A program made the position numbers and the translations under genes. From the human T2T-CHM13v2.0 reference genome, Homo sapiens: a stretch of DNA of 64,000 nucleotides. Shown one piece after another: positions 1 to 11,590 of the stretch (positions within the stretch are counted from its first letter, which is position 1; every line of letters starts with the position of its first letter). The stretch is from assembly GCF_009914755.1 (NCBI RefSeq), contig NC_060931.1; one strand, 5' to 3'. The notes under the pieces are model-generated. The model was given only the letters and a program-made list of their open reading frames with translations, ran no database searches and had not been told where the DNA came from.

Positions 1-585
1 TAATGGTTAAGAGTACAGACTCTGAAGCCAGACTGCCTCGATTCAAATCTAGGCTCTATCACTAGCGAACTAATTGCCTGAGTTTCCTCATCTATAAAAT
101 GGAAATAACAATACAAGTTGAGCATCCCTAAGCCGAAAGTTCGAAATACTCAAAAATTGGAAGCTTTTTGAGCACCAGAAGTGGAAAATTTCACACCTGA
201 CCTCATGTGTTGGGTTGTAGACAAAATGCAGTCAAAACTTTGTTTCATGTACTTCATGCACAAAATTGTTTAGAATATTGTACAAAATTACCTTCCGGCT
301 ATTTGTATAAGGTATATGTGAAACATAAATGAACTTAAATGAACATAAGTGAAATAATATATCATTATGTAAGTGCAAATATTTCCAAATCCGAAAATAT
401 CTGAAATCAAAAACACTTCAGGTCCCAAGCATTTTGGATAAGGGATACTCGACCTACAATAGTACCTACTTCATAGTATGGACATGAAAATTAAATGACA
501 ATGTATATAGATATAGCCAAAAATAGTCCCTGGCACATTGTAACACTGTAAAAAAAGCTTTAACTGCTTGTTATTGCTATTACTT
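1..585 (+). mobile_element. MIR SINE interrupted by a Tigger4 element
   Basis: MIR core (tggttaagagtacagactctgaagccagactgcc...agtttcctcatctataaaatgg) breaks at 113 and resumes at ~458 (atagtacctacttcatag...cctggcacattg). Confidence 0.8.
114..456 (-). mobile_element. Tigger4/Zombi-type (MER46 group) non-autonomous DNA transposon
   Basis: Terminal inverted repeats caagttgagcatcccta / agggatactcgaccta; TA target at 112-113; subterminal aaacacttcaggtcccaagcattttggataagg. Confidence 0.85.
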
Positions 586-665
586 ATAGAGGGACTTCTC
601 TAGAGCACAGTGAGGCCAGAGGAGAGTAGAATGTTTCTACACATTTCTAAAAGAAAATAACTGTA

Positions 666-812
666 GGCTGGGCACCGTGGCTCACATCTGTAATCCCAGC
701 ACTTGGAAGGCCAAGTGGGGAGGATCAGTTGAGGCCAGGAGTTCAAGATCAGGCTGGGAAACATAGCAAGACCCCATCTCTACAAAAAAAAGAAGAAAGA
801 AAGGAAAAGAAT
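666..812 (+). mobile_element. FLAM-C / Alu left monomer
   Basis: ggctgggcaccgtggctcacatctgtaatcccagc...gaccccatctctac followed by an A-rich tail; no right arm. Confidence 0.9.
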
Positions 813-900
813 TATACACCCAGTAAAATCACCTCTTTTGAACAAGGTCGAATTAAAGTCATTTTGAGATTAAAAAAAAAAAGACCTTACCACCAACATC

Positions 901-1123
901 TTTTTATTTGCTTGTTTATTTAAACGTTTATTTTAAGTTGAGGGGTACAGGTGCAGGTTTGTTATAATAGTAAATTATATGTCATTGGGGTTGTGTGTAC
1001 AGATGTTTTTGTTACCCAGGTAATAAGCATAGTACCCGATAGTTAGTTTTTTGATTCTTACCTCCTCCTGTCCTTCACCTGGTGGAGGCCCTGGTGTCTG
1101 TTGTTCTTTTCTTTTTGTCCATG
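901..1123 (-). mobile_element. 5'-truncated L1PA (about PA13-16) 3' end
   Basis: Antisense 3'UTR ggggtacaggtgcaggtttgtta...cccaggtaataagcatagtacccgatag; TSD taccaccaacatc (888-900) / taccgtcaacatc (1124-1136). Confidence 0.85.
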
Positions 1124-2664
1124 TACCGTCAACATCGTACTAAAGAAACTTCTAGAAAAAGTGCATTAGGAAGAAAGAATATCGTCCCATAACGAAACCC
1201 CCATTATGTAAGAATAAATATTAAAAATATCAGTATATCTAAATAAATAGAAACTGTATAAAATAATAATAAATGTTTAACATGTAGAGCTAAAAAAAAA
1301 TAAGCAGAAATAGCATATTATTTGTCTATGGAGTGGTGGTATCATTATAATGAAAGCATTATAAAGTCTTAGTATTCCAAGAGAATGCAAAGACATGGAC
1401 TTAACTTAAATATTAATGTTAATATTTATAGAAAATCATTAAAGAATGGGAATCAAATTTATAATTTTTATACTAATAGAAAAAATAAAATGGAACACAT
1501 TTTTAAATTGAGGCAGGAAAGAACACTATCAGAAAAAAACAAATAAACCCAAATGATAAGATTGAAGAAATGATAACATGGACTAAATATATCACAATTC
1601 ACAATAAGAGTAAATAGGTTACACCTTCTAGTTAAAAGATAATGACTATCATACCGAATTAAAAAATAAAATCCAGTTTGGTTATGTTTTCCCTAAAGGG
1701 ACACCTAAAATATGAAGTCATTCCACCAGAAGTGTTTAAAATTAAAAGATTAACAAAAATATATACCAGGAAAATACAGCTTAAGAGAAAGCTGATGAAG
1801 AGAAAGTAATTAATATCAGACACAATAAACTTTAAGGAGGTGGATAATGATGAATGATGTAATTCACTGGGAAGCTTTAACCATTCTAGGTGTATATCGA
1901 CTTAGAAACAGAGATTTATTTCATCAAAAGGAAATTCTGGTTAAACTACAAGAAGTTGCTAAATTCACCACCATTGTGAGAAATTTGATACATATTTCTA
2001 TTACAGTAATTAAAAGATCAAAAGACAAAAATTGCAAAGTATATAGAACCAAACAATACCACCAACACATTTGGTAAAATGAATCTATATAAGAACATTG
2101 CTCAACAACTGGCAAATATGCATTCTTTCCAAGCACACAGAAAATTTATGAAAAGTGACCATGTGCTAGGACAGAAAAGTCTGGTATCATACATTCTATA
2201 CTCTTACAATTAAGTTAGAGAAATGCATACTTGTAAGTTTAAAAACTCCTCAAATAATTTCTGCATCATAGAATTAATATAATGGAAGATACTTGGAATC
2301 GAATGATTAACAAGACTAAATATCAAAACTTGAAGAAAAGCTGTACTTAGAGGAAAATGTATTACCTGAGTGCTCATATTGATGAAAGGTAGAGATTAAT
2401 GAACTGATCAAATTTGAGAAATTAAAAACAGGAACAGCAGAATAAGTCTTAAGAAACTAGGTCAAAGGAAATAAAATATCAGGTTGAAAATTAATGAAAC
2501 AGAAAACATCGATCAACAATTGAGATTGGTTCTCTGAAGAAACTTTGAAAAGGAACAAAATTCTGGCTGCCTGTATTAAGAACAGAAGACGGATCATATT
2601 AGGAATGGAAAAGAGGACATAACTGGAGACAGTGAGTGTTAAAGGGGCTTAGAGGAGACCACAC

Positions 2665-2865
2665 AGCATTTTAACTCAGAGCATAGGTTTGGGGGTCAAA
2701 GAGATTTGGTTTTGAATCCTAGATCTGCTGCGTTCCAGCAATGTGATCTCAGGCCAGTCTCGTGACCTCAGCACCTCATTAGAACAATGGCAAAGCTTGT
2801 GAATATAAAATGAAACAGAAAGTAAAGTACTTGGCACATTAAAAACAGGAAAAATTAGCTATACA
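2665..2865 (+). mobile_element. MIR SINE
   Basis: ggttttgaatcctagatctgctg...atgtgatctcaggccagtc...aaagtacttggcacat. Confidence 0.65.
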
Positions 2866-3456
2866 TTTTATTGTGATTTTTTATTCTTGGCATTAGAGTT
2901 CAGTACTCCTGGGCAGCTTTACTGGTTTTTTGATGTATAAGTAGGGCACCAAGAGCAAGAAACAGAGCTGGACAGAGACTGGAGGACATTTCATGGGGGT
3001 CAAATGTGAGTGGAGGCCTAGGAAGTGATACACAAGGCCTGAGCAAGTCTCGTAAGTGGAAAAGCCACAGGCTAGAGAGTATGTTTTTTAACATCAAAAG
3101 CTTTGAACACACACAGAGAACACCCACATTTCTCCCTCTGTGTACTCCCCAAACACATTCACTAGTACAAGCCTCTGCGCTGGGGACTGCTGCTACAGAA
3201 GGATTAGATTAAAGCAATAACACAGGAAGAAAATCAGGCCAGACCACATTTCCATATTAAAATTTAGAATACAAATTTTGGTGTTTTCAATGGTCTAGGC
3301 CATAGAGAAGTTGTTTATACCCTCCGTCCCCCATCAAACTGAATTTTACTTTATTCCACCTAGAGAAGAACCTGGCCTTGTTTAAACACCTAAAAAAAAT
3401 CTAAGGGCTCAAGAATATTGTGATTCTTCACATTCCTGTGTTTTAACCCTCAGGCA

Positions 3457-3636
3457 CTAAATAAGTATTTGATATCAAATACTCTAAATAAGTATTTGAT
3501 ATCAAATACTCTAAATAAGTATTTGATATCAAATACTCTAAATAAGTATTTGATATCAAATACTCTAAATAAGTATTTGATATCAAATACTCTAAATAAG
3601 TATTTGATATCAAATACTCTAAATAAGTATTTGATA
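3457..3636. repeat. 27-bp minisatellite, 6.7 identical copies, each containing a perfect 20-bp palindrome
   Basis: Unit CTAAATA-AGTATTTGATATCAAATACT; copies start at 3457, 3484, 3511, 3538, 3565, 3592 and 3619 (partial); no mismatches. Confidence 0.98.
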
Positions 3637-4844
3637 AATGAGGGCAGCAATGAATAACCTGAACACTGATAGTACCAGATCTTGGACATTTTGTGAATAT
3701 GTGCATATGGCAAGTCAGGGTAGAGTATGCCAGGCTTTCTCAAATGTGTGAACCTTCAGTGAGGTCTGAGCAGCATTCAGTCCTTCAGTATCCAGTAATC
3801 CTGTCTTCGTGAATTAACACCAGCTTCCCAGATCAATTTCTGACTGGGTGCTTTACATGAGAATCCATCTAGGTTGCACTGCTGCCTTTAGAAACAATCT
3901 GGAATTCTGAGGAGCCCAGAACATTTATAATTTCTCTCAAGGGAGACGCTTCCCAGCAGCACAGTGCCAGAAGAAGATACACATCCATGGGCCCACCTCT
4001 GGCTTCAGCAGGGCTTTGTCCAGCTAAGCTCTGAGAAAGATGGTTTAAAAAAAAAAAAACAGAGAAGCCCAGCTGTCTTCACCTAGGGTCCCCTGCTTAG
4101 TAACCTTCCCAACAGGGGCTACACAACCTTCTTCACTGGCTGCTTGTTTCTCTGAGTGTCGTGCCTGGAGATTCCTCCAAAAAAACGTATCCCAAACCTG
4201 GGCTGCCTAGGCCTCTGTCATTAGGAAGTCCAGGAGCCCTCAGATACCAGAAGCCTGGTGTTTTGAGGGATGGCTCAGAGCTTTGCCCCTGCTGGTCCTG
4301 GCAGCCTTTATAGCTGGAGATTGCAGTTCAATGCAAAGGGAGCCATTTGACAGTGTTTGCACCTTATCATTTCCAAAGAGTCTCTGCTCTTGAGATAGTT
4401 GGTGCTCTCAGCTGTCTGTCAAGTTCAAGAACTTTTTGTCTTAAGAATATCTGAGTGTTGGGCCTGAGGAAACTAAAGGAAACTCACCACAAGAGACATT
4501 ATTTGTGGGGCTCAATTTTCCCCAGGGTTGTATCTTTCTGCTATTCTTTTGTACCATGTCAGTCTGGGGACATAATTGGCCCTCTTCCTGTGGAACTGGT
4601 TCTTAAAGTTCTTTATAATTCTGGCCTGGAGCTGCTGGGAGGTCTCTGTTTTGGTGAAACCGCTGTTCCATGGTGAATCAGTCACTTCCTCCAGGCTGCC
4701 TTCTTTCTGTCCTGCCACGAGGTCAGGGACACTGCCATTTGGGGACAGTCTGGGCTTTCATCTATATTTCGTCTGGCATGGGAAACTGGATGGACACTCC
4801 AGTCTGAACAAATAGACCCAAGGGGATTGTTGAAGCTGACCCTT

Positions 4845-6060
4845 GGAGGGGATTTCAGTTCTTTATTATAAACTGTTATATAAAATATATTTATCCTCCT
4901 ACCTTGAGAAATATACCCTCATAGTGACAAAAAGCAAAGGATATATGTAAAGCTACAGTTTTTATATGTCTGAAGGCTGGCAAAATGTCTGCTAAAGTTA
5001 TTATGGCATACATCTGGCTTTTCTGTCTATGGGTTGTGATGGTTGAATGAGTAATAAAATGTATACGTAACTTATAAATTTGTATTTGTTCCATCAGTTA
5101 AGTTTTCTTGCCTTTATTTCAGAAAAAGTACTTTGTTGTTATAATCAATATGTTTACATAATTTGTTTTCAACTCATTGTAATTCTCTGAAGGCTTTAAA
5201 AATTGCAATTATATTCAAAGTATATTTAAACATATTTTAATGAGAATATATAAATTGAATAGAAAAACAATCTAAAAGTTATTTTATATGTTTATTAAAG
5301 TCTTTTAAAATATTCAAAATGATCTATTAACTTTAAAAGGTAAAATCCAAGTTATAATTAATATATGCCAAAATTTCATTTCATATATGAACATTTTAAT
5401 TAAATCTTGTTTTTATAGAGATAACACTATTCACATTGTAAATGTTCTATATCCACCTAGTTACCAATATAAAGAATTGGTACCATGATACACATATGAT
5501 GCATGCATGCAAATTTAAGGGTAATATGAAATGTTAATATTACAACATGTTCCTAAATCACCATCTGCAACTTTTCTGAATATTATGTTAATTGAGTAGC
5601 ATGGGAACCAGGAATGTGAACAAGAAGAGAAGCATGAAAAAGGATTCTTGGCATTATTGAGAAATGACACTTTGTTGTAAAAGAATCTATTGCATTTATG
5701 TTATCTTCAGGGAGGAATTTGGTAAGTTTTGTTCTTCTCATAACCCAGCACTATTTTTCTCTTACGTCCTCCAAGAATTCTGAAGCAACATCATCATAAT
5801 CCCTGATTTTTATCAACTTTCAAATTAGGTCATCTTTTCTTTTAAGGATACAGGGAAGAGATACAGAGGCACACTTCCCTAGGACCTGAGCAGTGTGGTC
5901 ATGAGAGTGATGTTAAGTGTTATAGACTATGCTGGGCCAGCTCTGAGTGCCACATCCTGAGTGATAAAGGCATCTGTGTGCTCTTTAATACATTTATTTG
6001 TGGGTGATTGTGGTATGTGGAGCCCTCTAAAATATCTCTTGCCCAGATCTATGAAAAGTA
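4845..6060 (-). mobile_element. Old hAT-Tip100-type DNA transposon remnant (Zaphod/Arthur-like)
   Basis: Minus strand 5170-5103 reads ENKLCKHIDYNNKVL/FSEIKARK with one frameshift, resembling a hAT transposase C-terminus; very AT-rich interior; end-like ggagccctctaaaatatctcttgcccag. Confidence 0.55.
5984..5998 (-). terminator. Candidate polyadenylation signals (AATAAA 5998-5993, ATTAAA 5989-5984)
   Basis: Minus strand caAATAAAtgtATTAAAgag; first AATAAA downstream of the stop at 7514 (a lone ATTAAA occurs earlier at 6844-6839). Confidence 0.45.
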
Positions 6061-6737
6061 CTTTATATATCACCCATCCAAATGTATACATCACATTCTC
6101 CGGGAGAAACTACTGCTAACATTTTGGAATATTTCCTTCCAGTTATTTTCTGTCCCTTGATTTCACATAGGATAATATACTTTACATACAGTCTTGTATC
6201 TTACTTTCTTGATAAAGTTACCAGTGGAAAGAGATCTTCACTGACTGACCACTTGGTACAGGAATTCCTGTCAGATGGGTCAACAAGCCTTACAGAACTA
6301 AATTCTTTAAACTTGGGGGCAAATGTTTCCCGGTCATGGAGGCTTATACCATCGGTGTTGGAGGAAGGATTACGTTGTTTTCCTAATGGATATGGCAGAA
6401 ATTAAACATAAGAAGCATTCAAAACAATTAAATAAAGATCCAGAAATATAGCCGAGGCACAGTGTTAGAGGCAGTAGAGGATATTCAAAGAAATACAAGA
6501 CAGTTTCTGTCTCTCTAGAGGCTTGCTTACAAACAACTAGGCTGGCTTTGTTCTCAGCAACAAGATGACTGATAGCTAAACTCTAAGAAGAAGGATGAAT
6601 AGGCCATTGCAATGGATTAGCCTGTTCTGGATTAGTTCAAATTTACAGCAGAAAGTTGGGATTTTTAGAGATAATATGGTCCTAGAAACTACTTTGGAAA
6701 ATGGCATGGCTTTGTCCATTTCCTTTGTGTTAGTAAG

Positions 6738-6970
6738 GCTAACTACCATTTACTGAGGATATTATGGACTAAATAAGTACTTCATAGGCATTATGTCATT
6801 TGAATTTTCATTTAAATTTAAAATTTAAATACTCGTTATTTAATTATTTCATTTGATCAATAACTCCATGAGAAAGGTCTTATTTACTCCCACTTTTAAA
6901 AGGGAAAGCTGAAAAGTGAAGAGGTTTAGTAGCTGGCTTTATGCCACATGGGTAAGAAGTGGTAGAGAAA
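6738..6970 (-). mobile_element. MIR SINE
   Basis: accatttactgag...taactccatgagaaagg...cccacttttaaaagggaaagctgaa...gaggtttagtagctgg. Confidence 0.65.
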
Positions 6971-7089
6971 GAACTATTTCCAGAGGCTGCTGCTATCTAA
7001 TATTAAGATATAACAGGGAAAAAACTCTGTTCCTCATCACAGCAGAAGTGGAAAGACTCTTCTGTTGTCAGGTTAGTCAATAATAGTCA

Positions 7090-7460
7090 TATTTGTTAGG
7101 ATGGGTAAGGTTGTGCTGCAGTAGCAACAAACCATCAAACCTCAGATGCTTAACCCAACAAAAGCATTTTCTCACTCACCCTACATGTCCATATTGCATC
7201 AGCTACAGACTCTACTGGGCTCTATTTTCACTCTGGAACCAGCCTGTTGGAGAAGTCACTGTCTGAAACATTGTCAGTTGTGATGACAGAGGGAAAGAGC
7301 ACTAGAATATGTATTAACAATTAAATGCTTCTAATCATAATTCATCTGTCTGAACTTGTCATGTGACCCACCCAGCCACACAGAAAGCTAGGAAGTATAG
7401 TTCTACCATGTGCCTTGAAGACAGAGAGCCAGGGATATCTGGTATCAGCATGTTTACTTC
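7090..7460 (-). mobile_element. Old MLT1 (MLT1K/L-like) ERVL-MaLR LTR
   Basis: ttaggatgggtaaggttgtgctgcagtagcaacaaacc...cttaacccaacaaaagcattttctcactc...gtcatgtgacccacc...gctaggaagtatagttctaccatgtgcc. Confidence 0.7.
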
Positions 7461-7513
7461 AATAGATGTGGGCACCATATGACCAGACTTCCATCTCTGC
7501 TATTGATATGCTG

Positions 7514-7643
7514 CTAGCAAGTTCTTTCTGCTGGGGCCAGATTGTAGAGGTCACCCGAATGGCAGCCAGGCAGGCAAGAACAATCTTCACAGTGCACCAA
7601 GGATGGTGGGGGGCTCAGTGGAGCAGTGGAAAGAGTCAGGGAC
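7514..7643 (-). CDS. LINC01619: Putative last coding exon segment: (R)SLTLSTAPLSPPPSLVHCEDCSCLPGCHSGDLYNLAPAERTC*
   Basis: Acceptor tcattcttcttcatag|GTCCCTG at 7644/7643; 1 nt plus 42 codons plus TAG (7516-7514), in frame with the upstream exons; translation unproven. Confidence 0.55.
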
Positions 7644-7689
7644 CTATGAAGAAGAATGATAAATGCTGTGGGCCAGGAATCATTTGATT

Positions 7690-7870
7690 ACACTTCATGC
7701 ATATTAACTTATTCAATCTTCACAACAACCCTATAGGGTAGATCCAATCATCCCCATTTTAGAGATGAGAAAACTGAGGTATAACTGTTAAGTAAGTTCC
7801 CCAAAAAAAGATAGCTAGTAAGTGGCAATGTGGGATGCAATCGCTGGCAGAATAGGTCCAGAGGTTATGC
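7690..7870 (-). mobile_element. MIR SINE
   Basis: aatcttcacaacaaccctatagggtagat...ccccattttagagatgagaaaactgagg...tagctagtaagtggca. Confidence 0.8.
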
Positions 7871-8479
7871 CCTACAGAGTGTACTCATGTAGCCACTGAG
7901 TACATTCTCCTTCCTGCCTGTGGTCGCTGCTCAGAAAGGAATCTGAAAATCATATGCCTGTTTTCAACTTCATCTTCACCACAATGACTTTAACTCTCTA
8001 TAGAGTGAAGTTCTTTTTCAAAGGCACATCAAACTATGGCATCTCTCTAACTGTGAAGATGAATGAGAAGCTCTTCATGTGAACCAGAGAAGAGAGCCAG
8101 AAACCATAAGGTAAAATGCTAAGTGTGGCTACATGTGTCTCACTCTAAGTCAGTAAATACCTGAAGAGAATCACAGGCATGGCTTTATGGATTTGAATTA
8201 TCTGTGTGTGTATAAACCTTGTTGATTCAGACTCCACTGGAAAGTGTAAACACATCAGTGCCATAACCATTATGAACAGAAAAGGCATGGCCACAAGTAG
8301 ATACAGAAGCCAGCATGGAATTGACAAGAAGTTATTCCACTCACTTACCAAAAAGCGCCTCCCAAATCCTAACTCTTCCGAATGACTCAATTTCACTGGC
8401 ATCACTGGGTGCCTTAAAAATCCTCTCACCATACAGAAAAGTTACCCATTTATATCCATTTATATCTTTGTTCCATTAC

Positions 8480-8509
8480 CTTGCCCACTTCTTTTTTCTT
8501 GAGGTGGAG
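8480..8509 (-). CDS. LINC01619: 30-nt phase-2/phase-2 microexon: (S)STSRKKKWA(R)
   Basis: ctaatatttacag|CTCCACCTCAAGAAAAAAGAAGTGGGCAAG|gtaatg; frame-preserving, no stop. Confidence 0.5.
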
Positions 8510-8873
8510 CTGTAAATATTAGATTTCATGATTCAAGTCTCTGGAATCCAACTTTCTAAATTGTCTTACCCTGGTGGAAATGGGAACACCATATCCTACA
8601 GTCAGCTGTTATTCCTGTTGAGACTGACAAAAAGCATTTATTAAGTGCCTCATAGTATATAGCACTGACATGGGTGCTGCCAAAGTGTCAGGCCTGTGCA
8701 CTATGCCATGTTCAGCTCAAACAAACTTTGAGGTCCTCCAAATACACAGCGAAGTAAATGTTTTGCCAGTTTTGAACATTTGCCACCAAATTACTTACAA
8801 GACAAGGTCATTGCTTATTAAGTCTAGGCAAAATTTTTTAAGTCAGAATGACCAGTGTTAACCCATTACCAAC

Positions 8874-9626
<753 letters not shown>

Positions 9627-9858
9627 GCCACCAAGGTTTTTCTGATATGTGATAAGCTGTATAACACTTTATTCTAAAAATCATTATGTAAGGACCAGGG
9701 AAGAATTGGAAGAAAGGAAAATATCACGTGTAAAGATCACGGTTGAGTATGTCACAATGTTGCTGGCCTTTAGTTTTAGTATCTGGTGTCAAAGACTTAG
9801 AGAGTTAATTTTTTTTCTACCTTTTTTTTTTTTCCTCCTGTGGCTGTCATCTGCTTAC

Positions 9859-10073
9859 CTGCAGACCCAGGCTAACTCTGTTGTCGCTCTGGAGTTGGGC
9901 ATCTCCAAGTTTATCTGTTGCTTTGCAAAGGCCGGATGCTTACTCTCATGGATCCAGGGTCCTCTGGCCCGCTGAGCTGGGCTTCTTATGCTGGGTCTCC
10001 TCCCCCTTTTTATGCCATGCTTTCTTCCCACTTTTCCTCCTTGTACAGCAAACACAGCACAAATGTTGGAGTC
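9859..10073 (-). CDS. LINC01619: 215-nt internal exon: DSNICAVFAVQGGKVGRKHGIKRGRRPSIRSPAQRARGPWIHESKHPAFAKQQINLEMPNSRATTELAWVC
   Basis: Acceptor ttcaacttcccttatag|GAC and strong donor CAG|gtaagc; open in phase 0 (71 codons + AG); overlaps ORF-track 9855..10055. Confidence 0.65.
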
Positions 10074-10770
10074 CTATAAGGGAAGTTGAAGGTATTATCC
10101 TAGACCTTTCAGGCTGGCAGGAGGTGAGGAGGCGGGCACCTGTTCCACCTGGCCCTGTGTCTTCTCATTACTGGATTTTAAGCAGCCTCCTTGAGTGAGG
10201 TGGGGAAACCAAAAGCAGTGTAAGAGCAGGGGCTTCTTTCTGCCCAGCAGGTCACCCCTCTCCCTGACCCTCAGGCCTCTTTTTAATCATTCCACTCCCT
10301 GGTTACCAGCTACCCAGCCTGGGTGTCACTTATTCTTGCCTCCAACACAAGGGGACTTGGTAACCTTGGTATATAATAGTAGCCTTTGAAATAAAAAGCT
10401 GCACATGAGGCAACTTGCAAATCCAAACTTTTCTGGGATGGGTGTGTAGTTGCAGAAAGAGTTCTTCCTTAAACAAAGGCAAATTTTCCAGTTACGCCAG
10501 TTAAACTGGTTCTCACACCAAATATCCCAATGAAGAGTTCTTCTTCTGTGCCCCTGGGAAAGGGAGGCCCCTGAAAAGCACTGTGCGCATGCCTGTGCCT
10601 GCCTTATGTTCTTAGGACCACATTCCCACCATTCAACAGGCAGAATTTAGCTAGGATGCCAGCACAGCTTTTTGTCGTGTGCATGCAACTATTTGAGGAA
10701 ACGCTGGAGCTGGGAGAGTCCAAGCCTGGTAAAAATGACAACATGCATCTGCACAACCTATTCTAGATTA

Positions 10771-11185
10771 TAGGGCTGGGACTAGGGAGAGACCAGTAAG
10801 TTACTAACCTGAGGTGCAACTTTTAAGGGAGTATCACACAGTAATCAATTAATCAAGAAAACAATATTTTGATGGAAGCACTTTTTAAAAATCAAAGTTA
10901 ATGCAAAATATCTACAGTAAACACAATATCAAATTTTAAAATAAATATTAGTAACAATGCCATGCTATACTATGAGTCTGAGGCCAAAAGAAAAAAATTA
11001 GTAACACTAACCCAAAACATCGAAAGTGTTGATGTTTTGATCAGTATGGACTTTTATCCAGTAATTTTCATTTAAAAATATTGCATTAAAATATTATTTA
11101 TCTTGATTATGGGTATTTTGGGACCCCCTTTAATTTTGTGCCCTACGGTGAGTGGCTGACTCGCCTCACTCTAGTGCCAACCCTG
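10771..11185 (+). mobile_element. MER96B hAT-Tip100 MITE
   Basis: Long imperfect TIRs tagggctgggactaggg... / ...ctcgcctcactctagtgccaaccctg; about 415 bp. Confidence 0.8.
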
Positions 11186-11209
11186 TAATACAAAGGGCAG
11201 TTTGGAGGC

Positions 11210-11400
11210 TTTAACTCATTTGAGCCTTACGACTATTCTCTAAGGTGGACATGGCAAGTATTCTTACCTGCATTTGACAGTAAAGGAACTAAATCCCAAA
11301 ACTAGAGGCATGACTTGCCCAGGACTACATGGCACATGGTGAAGATGAGATTAAAAATGAGGCCTGTCAACTCTGAATCTGGGGATCTTTCCATGACACC
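11210..11400 (-). mobile_element. MIR SINE
   Basis: catttgacagtaaaggaact...tgacttgcccaggactacat...ctctgaatctggggatctttccatgacacca. Confidence 0.7.
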
Positions 11401-11590
11401 AGAGAGTCTCAATCTCCAGTGTACCAAAAAATAATCAGGAGAGTTGTTAACATTCAGAGTCCTGAGTGCCAAACACTGAGACTCTGATTCAGAAGATCTA
11501 GGGTGGAATGCAATAGTCTACATTTCATTTAACAAACACACTAGCTGATTTTGACATCAATGAGCTGCCAACCAGTTGGGGCAACTCTGT
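11401..11590. mobile_element. MER5-family hAT-Charlie MITE
   Basis: ggagagttgttaacattcagagtcctgag...ctgagactctgattcagaagatctagggtgg...tttaacaaacac. Confidence 0.65.

Larger units (their letters stand above)
640..2625 (+). mobile_element. Ancient L1M (L1ME-like) remnant: ORF1 end and ORF2 endonuclease region
   Basis: A-rich strand with decayed motifs tacacccagtaaaatcacctc, taatatcagacacaataaactttaag, caacaactggcaaatatgcattctttccaagcacac; interrupted by a FLAM and an L1PA. Confidence 0.7.

Noticed and set aside
3457-3636. CRISPR-like array, and the repetitive ORFs (SNTYLEYLI)n and (KYLFRVFDI)n
   Set aside because: The 7-bp linkers are identical rather than unique spacers, no cas genes are present and the DNA is primate; the ORFs arise because the 27-bp unit is a multiple of three.
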